From an uncultured Thermoleophilia bacterium (GTDB lineage Bacteria; Actinomycetota; Thermoleophilia; UBA2241), in assembly GCA_963702475.1 (NCBI GenBank), contig CAVPCT010000009.1:288001-352000 (forward strand): a DNA stretch of 64,000 bases. The letters run 5' to 3'. The position numbers were made by a program, and so were the translations under genes. Each line of letters starts with the position of its first letter. Positions within the stretch are counted from its first letter, which is position 1. The notes beneath the pieces were generated by a model. It was not told the DNA's origin. It made no database searches and saw only the letters and a list, made by a program, of their open reading frames with translations. Below are positions 59,075-64,000 of this stretch, piece by piece.

Positions 59075-59375
59075 TCAGGCGTTCCTGCGGGCGCTGACTG
59101 CGTAGCTGTGCGCTTCTTGACCGGGGCGCCGTCGCGGCGCTTGTCGAGCAGCGGCGCCACGTGCTGCCCGGCCGCCCACAGCGGCAGGAGCACCGCCTCG
59201 CGAAGCCGCCGGGCCCGCGGCCTGCCGTCCAGGAACCGCCGCGTGCGGTAGTTGAACTGAGAACTGCGGTCGTGCAGTACCCGCCGAGCGGTGCGACCGA
59301 CGGCACCTCGAAGCCGACCTTGCCGAGCAGGTACCGCAGGCCGAACGGCGTGTGACGGAAGTAGCCCGTCGGTCC
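59075..59375 (-). pseudogene. Frameshifted C-terminal remnant of a class I SAM methyltransferase
   Basis: PTGYFRHTPFGLRYLLGKVGFEV..VAPLGGY / QFNY...LLPLWAAGQHVAPLLD / SYAVSARR spread over three frames. Confidence 0.5.
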
Positions 59376-59393
59376 CGGGGCCGCCCGTGCACC

Positions 59394-59627
59394 TCAGCAG
59401 CTGAAGATCCAACTCACCAGGAGCACCGCGAGCACGGCGACCACGGCCCAGGAGAAGCAACCCAGACAGCCGTCGAAGAGGGTGTGGGCCCGCCCGCGCT
59501 CAGCGGGAGGCTGCTGCAGCTGGATGGTGGCGTGCTGCTCGGGCGGCTGCCCCAACCGGTGCCCGCAGGCGCCGCAGTACCTGGCGTTCGGCGGCGCCGG
59601 GACTCCACACCTCTCACAGGCGGCCAC
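59394..59627 (-). CDS. Small zinc-ribbon membrane protein
   Basis: CERCG...ARYCGACG, C-terminal TM helix; SD AGGGAG. Confidence 0.7.
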   Translation of the reverse strand: MAACERCGVPAPPNARYCGACGHRLGQPPEQHATIQLQQPPAERGRAHTLFDGCLGCFSWAVVAVLAVLLVSWIFSC

Positions 59628-59786
59628 TGCGCCCTCCCTTGGCTCCCTCGTCTCACGTCGAGAGTAGCCCGGGGGGAGGACGGAAACGCGGTGTGACGCG
59701 CATCGTGACCGGCAGGCGTCGAGAGACGCGGCCACGGCGCTCGACAGCTGGCCGGTGGCGGTGGCACCGGCCGGGAGACTACGAGG

Positions 59787-60185
59787 TCAGAAGCCGACGG
59801 CCGCGGGCCGCCGCACCACACTCATGTCGTGCAGGCGCTTGAGCGACTCACCGAGGTCGTCGGGTACAGGCTGATCGCGGAGCAGGATGCCGTACAGCTG
59901 GTCGGCCAGCGCCGGATCCCCGTCGAGCACCTCGGCCACCTGACGCAGGCGGTACTCCACGAAGAAGTCCGGCTCGACCAGCAGGGCCTCGGCGATGACC
60001 TCGATCACGGGGTCGGACGGCACCGGACGCGTCCCCTTGGTCAGATGGTTCAGATACCCCGCCGACAGCTTCGTCTTGTACGCCAGCTGTCTGTAGCTGA
60101 GGTGACGTTCCTCCATCAGGCCCTTCAACGCGTCCGGAAAGCGCTCCTGCGAGAACCGGTTCCTGGCTATGGGTGTCATGTACAT
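59787..60185 (-). CDS. XRE family HTH regulator
   Basis: LSYRQLAYKTKLSAGYLNHLTKG.RP.PS. Confidence 0.82.
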   Translation of the reverse strand: MYMTPIARNRFSQERFPDALKGLMEERHLSYRQLAYKTKLSAGYLNHLTKGTRPVPSDPVIEVIAEALLVEPDFFVEYRLRQVAEVLDGDPALADQLYGILLRDQPVPDDLGESLKRLHDMSVVRRPAAVGF

Positions 60186-60454
60186 GGCACACATGTCCTC
60201 TTTGGTATCGCCGTTAGCCGCTGATACTTGAGGGGCAAGTGTGCCCTCGTTGTCCGGGAAGCTTACAGGTATGACGCAGGGCGTAGCCTGACGGTGCCGG
60301 GGACCTTTCTCCCTCGGCGACGACACCCGGACGGAACGCCTGCGGGCCTACGACGGCCCGGCGCCGGAACACGAGGCGTGCGCTGGTGAGTCCGGGGATG
60401 TGCTCTCCGTGCGTCGTCCGCCGACTCGTGTGCCGCCTCGCCCCCGCGACGCGT

Positions 60455-62209
60455 TCAGGTACAGCAGAGAAGCTCGCGCAACGCCGCGACGATGTCGGCC
60501 ACGGCTACGTCGCGGCGCTCGCCGCTCGCCCGGTCCTTGACCTCCACGATGCCCTCCGGCGCGCGCTTGCCCACCACGACCTGCACCGGGCAGCCCAGCA
60601 GGTCGGCGTCCTTGAACTTGATGCCGGGGCTCATGTCGCGATCGTCGTAAAGGACGTCGAGTCCGGCCGCCGGCAGCTCGGCGTACAGGCTGTCGGCGAG
60701 GCCGCGCTGCACGTGGTCGGAGGCGCGCACGAGCACGAGATGGACGTCGAACGGCGTGATGGCCGGCGGCCAGATGATGCCGTTGTCGTCGTGGTGCTGC
60801 TCGATGGCGGCGGCGGCGATACGGGCCAGGCCGATGCCGTAGCTGCCCATGACGATGGGCCGCTCCTTGCCCTCCTCGTCCAGGAACTGCGCGTGCATGT
60901 GCTCCGAGTACTTGGTGCCGAGCTGGAAGATGTTGCCGACCTCGATGACGCGGGCCCCCTCGAGGTCGCCGGCGCAGCGCGGGCACGGGTCGCCGGCGCG
61001 CGCCATGCGCAGATCGGCGAACGTGGCCTGTGGGAAGAGCGCCGAGCTCACCCCGGTGCGGTGGTGGTCCTTCTTGTTGGCGCCGGCCACGTAGTAGCCT
61101 GTCTGGAGGACCTCGTCGGCAAAGACGGGCAGCGGCGTTGGCTCGGGGCCGACGTAGCCGGCCTCGACGCCCTGCGCCTCGAGGACCTCCTCGGCCGTCG
61201 CAAGGCGGAACTCGGCGCCCAGCGCCTTGCGGAGCTTGAGGTCACCGAGCTCGTGGTCGCCACGCAGCAGCACGAGCACCTGCGTGCCGGCCTTGGGACC
61301 GCTCTCGACGGTGACGACCAGCGACTTGAGGAAGGCGCGCGCGGGCAGGCCGAGGAAGGCGGTGACCTGCTCGATAGTGCGCGTACCGGGAGTGTGCTTC
61401 ACCTCGTCGACCAGCAGGTTGACCACGCCGGTGGGCGATGCGGCGGAGTCGGTGCCCGGCTCCAGCTCACTGTGCGGCGGCTCGCGGTCGGCGCCGGCGA
61501 GAGCCGTCTCCACGTTGGACGCGTAGCCGCACTCGCGGCAGAAGACGATCTCGTCCTCGCCGGCGTCGGCGAAGGCCATGTACTCGTGGCTGACGGCGCC
61601 GCCCATCATGCCGGAATCGCCCTCGACCATCATGGCGTCGACGCCGCAGCGGCCGTAGATGCGGTCGTAGGCGACGATGTGCTTGCGGTAGCTCTCCTGC
61701 AGGGCGTCGTAGCTCACGTCGAGGCTGTAGGAGTCCTTCATGATGAACTCGCGGGTGCGCAGCACGCCGCTCTTGGGGCGAGCCTCGTCGCGCTCCTTGG
61801 TCTGGATGTGGTACCAGAGCTGGGGGAGCTGCTTGTAGCTGTGGATCTCGCGCGCGGCCAGCCAGGTGATGACCTCCTCGTGGGTCATCGCGAGGGCCAT
61901 GTCGGCGCCCTTGCGGTCTTTGAAGCGGAAGAGCTCGTCGCCGATGGCGTCCCAGCGGCCGGACTCCTGCCAGATGTCCGCCGGGTTGATGACCGGCATG
62001 AGCATCTCCTGGCAGCCGATGGCGTCCATCTCCTCGCGGATGATGGCAGCGATCCTCTGCATGACGCGCCAGCCGGCCGGCAGGTACACGTAGATGCCCG
62101 CCGAGAGCTGGCGCACGAGGCCGGCGCGGACCATCAGCTTGTGGCTGACGGCCTCCGCGCCGGCCGGATCCTCTTTGACGGTCGGCAACAGCAGCTGACT
62201 GGCGCGCAT
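60455..62209 (-). CDS. proS: Proline--tRNA ligase
   Basis: SHKLMVRAG, WQESGRW, RTREFIMKDSYS, GSYGIG, editing domain. Confidence 0.97.
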   Translation of the reverse strand: MRASQLLLPTVKEDPAGAEAVSHKLMVRAGLVRQLSAGIYVYLPAGWRVMQRIAAIIREEMDAIGCQEMLMPVINPADIWQESGRWDAIGDELFRFKDRKGADMALAMTHEEVITWLAAREIHSYKQLPQLWYHIQTKERDEARPKSGVLRTREFIMKDSYSLDVSYDALQESYRKHIVAYDRIYGRCGVDAMMVEGDSGMMGGAVSHEYMAFADAGEDEIVFCRECGYASNVETALAGADREPPHSELEPGTDSAASPTGVVNLLVDEVKHTPGTRTIEQVTAFLGLPARAFLKSLVVTVESGPKAGTQVLVLLRGDHELGDLKLRKALGAEFRLATAEEVLEAQGVEAGYVGPEPTPLPVFADEVLQTGYYVAGANKKDHHRTGVSSALFPQATFADLRMARAGDPCPRCAGDLEGARVIEVGNIFQLGTKYSEHMHAQFLDEEGKERPIVMGSYGIGLARIAAAAIEQHHDDNGIIWPPAITPFDVHLVLVRASDHVQRGLADSLYAELPAAGLDVLYDDRDMSPGIKFKDADLLGCPVQVVVGKRAPEGIVEVKDRASGERRDVAVADIVAALRELLCCT

Positions 62210-62328
62210 GGGACCTCGCGATGATGGCCGGTGGACGGGACCGCCGCAGCGGGCCTCTATGCTACCAAACGGCGGACGGCCGCCGGAGCCCGCAGGGGCG
62301 GCGGCACGGCGGGTCCGCCGCCTCTCCC

Positions 62329-63498
62329 CTACTCCCGGTGGTTGCGGACCGGGAACCCCTCCGCCGTGAGGTAGTCGTCGCGGCGCGCCTGCACGAGGTC
62401 CTCAGCGAGCATCTCGCGCACGAGCCCGGGGAAGGTCACGGCGGCCCGCCAGCCCAGCCGCTCGAAGGCCTTGGTGGGATCCCCGAGAAGGGTGCTCACT
62501 TCCGTCGGACGGTAGTACCGCGGGTCGACCCTGACGACGACCGACCCCGGCAGCACCGGCCCCTCGCCGTCCGCAGGGGCCCGTCCATCGCCGTGGCCGT
62601 GGCGGGCGGCGGTCAGCCGGCGCAGGTCAACGGTGTCGGCGACGCCGGCCTCCTCCTCCCCGCTCCCCTCCCAGCGAATGCGCACTCCGACCTCGGCGAA
62701 CGCAAGCTCGGCGAACTCGCGCACGCTGTGCTGCTCACCGGTGGCGATGACGTAGTCGTCCGGCACGTCCTGCTGCAGCATGAGGTGCATCGCACATACG
62801 TAGTCGCGGGCGTGACCCCAGTCACGCAGCGAGTCGAGGTTGCCGAGCCAGAGCTGCTGCTCGAGACCGAGGGCGATACGGGCCACTGCCCGCGTGATCT
62901 TGCGCGTCACGAACGTCTCGCCACGGACGGGGCTCTCGTGATTGAACAGGATGCCGTTGCTGGCGTGCATTCCATAGGCTTCGCGGTAGTTCACGGTGAT
63001 CCAGTACCCGTAGACCTTGGCGGCGCCGTAGGGGCTGCGCGGGTAGAAGGGCGTGGTCTCCCGCTGCGGGACCTCCTGCACCAGCCCGAACATCTCGCTG
63101 GTGGAGGCCTGGTAGAACCGGACCTTCTTCGCCAGATCGAGGATGCGGATGGCCTCGAGCAGGCGCAGCGTACCCAGGGCATCGCTGTTGGCCGTGTACT
63201 CGGGCGTCTCGAAGCTCACCTGCACGTGACTCTGGGCGGCGAGGTTGTAGATCTCGTCGGGCTGCGTCTCCTGGATGATGCGGATGAGGTTGGTGGCGTC
63301 GGTCATGTCGCCGTAGTGCATGAAGAAGCGGCCACCGGGCACGTGCGGGTCCTGGTACAGGTGGTCCACACGGTCGGTGTTGAACGAGCTGGCCCGGCGC
63401 TTGATGCCGTGCACCAGGTAGTCCCGGTCGAGCAGGTACTCGGCCAGGTAGGCGCCGTCCTGGCCGGTGACGCCGGTGATGAGTGCCGTCTTCGTCAT
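62329..63498 (-). CDS. gmd: GDP-mannose 4,6-dehydratase
   Basis: [39 protein letters not shown]. Confidence 0.97.
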   Translation of the reverse strand: MTKTALITGVTGQDGAYLAEYLLDRDYLVHGIKRRASSFNTDRVDHLYQDPHVPGGRFFMHYGDMTDATNLIRIIQETQPDEIYNLAAQSHVQVSFETPEYTANSDALGTLRLLEAIRILDLAKKVRFYQASTSEMFGLVQEVPQRETTPFYPRSPYGAAKVYGYWITVNYREAYGMHASNGILFNHESPVRGETFVTRKITRAVARIALGLEQQLWLGNLDSLRDWGHARDYVCAMHLMLQQDVPDDYVIATGEQHSVREFAELAFAEVGVRIRWEGSGEEEAGVADTVDLRRLTAARHGHGDGRAPADGEGPVLPGSVVVRVDPRYYRPTEVSTLLGDPTKAFERLGWRAAVTFPGLVREMLAEDLVQARRDDYLTAEGFPVRNHRE

Positions 63499-63543
63499 GT
63501 CCCCCCCAGGGCGCGGCCGGCGCCTGTTGTCAGTGCCCGCCTG

Positions 63544-63798
63544 TCACAGCTCGCCGTCGACCAGCTCGGGATGCCGGCTCAGCCAGTCCAGCACGGCGTC
63601 GCGCACGCGCAGGATGTCGGCGGTGCGATGGGCGCAGATGTCGTAGAGCTCGGCGGTCGTGACCTCGTCGACGTCACGTGGATCAGCCTGGAACGCGTCG
63701 AGGCTCTGGAGCGGAAGCCCGTCGAGACCGCGGACCAGGTCTGTGACGAGAGCCGACTTGTGGAGCACGATGGCCGCGCGGACCTTGGCAGGGCTCAT
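63544..63798 (-). pseudogene. Internally deleted HEPN (HepT/DUF86-like) toxin
   Basis: 84 aa; N- and C-terminal HEPN-like parts joined (FQADPRDV/DEVTTAELYDIC); no RxxxxH motif; ATGA overlap with the MNT gene. Confidence 0.6.
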
Positions 63799-64000
63799 AG
63801 CTCCGTCCCGACCTTGTCGCGCCATTGCTCGCGGAGGAAGGGCACCAGGTCTGCCGCTCTGCGCACGTAGTACAACTGGACCTCTGCTTCGGCGTCGAGG
63901 TCGGTGGCCAGGAGCAGCTCGCCGCGCACGACGTCGGCGGCGAGGAACGCCTCTGCCTCCGGCAGGATGACGAGGTCCACGCGGTCGACCCCGAGCAGAT
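63795..64000 (-). CDS. MNT nucleotidyltransferase antitoxin (5'-partial)
   Basis: LLGVDRVDLVILPEAEAFLAADVVRGELL. Confidence 0.7.
   Translation of the reverse strand, partial: LLGVDRVDLVILPEAEAFLAADVVRGELLLATDLDAEAEVQLYYVRRAADLVPFLREQWRDKVGTEL

Noticed and set aside
58611-60450. Prophage or integrative element at tRNA-Pro
   Set aside because: No integrase and no duplicated tRNA 3' end seen

Overview
High-GC bacterial chromosome segment, most likely a deep-branching actinobacterium (Thermoleophilia-like; inferred from a single-motif RsiG, the FHA/MerR cluster, rny and dapL). The core backbone (ftsK-rodZ-yajQ-rimO-pgsA-cinA-thpR-recA-recX ... rny-miaB-miaA-dapF-dapL-hflX-dut) is interrupted between recX and rny by a ~26.5 kb methylamine-utilisation island. 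The island carries all three pyrrolysine-type methyltransferases (mtmB, mtbB, mttB), each with an in-frame TAG at the conserved Pyl position. Each is followed by a corrinoid protein, and each module includes a permease plus a universal stress protein; a divergent soluble two-component system sits at the left edge. All three amber codons lie in the identical context GGG-TTG-TAG, which none of the 8 terminal TAG stops in the window share, suggesting a cis recoding signal. No pylTSBCD genes are visible in this window. The window also contains a 6S-like structured RNA before rny, the probable chromosomal dif site (45317-45344) where gene polarity flips, an RsiG/MglAB/DUF4388 cluster, tRNA-Pro(GGG), two pseudogene fragments and an internally deleted HEPN toxin.
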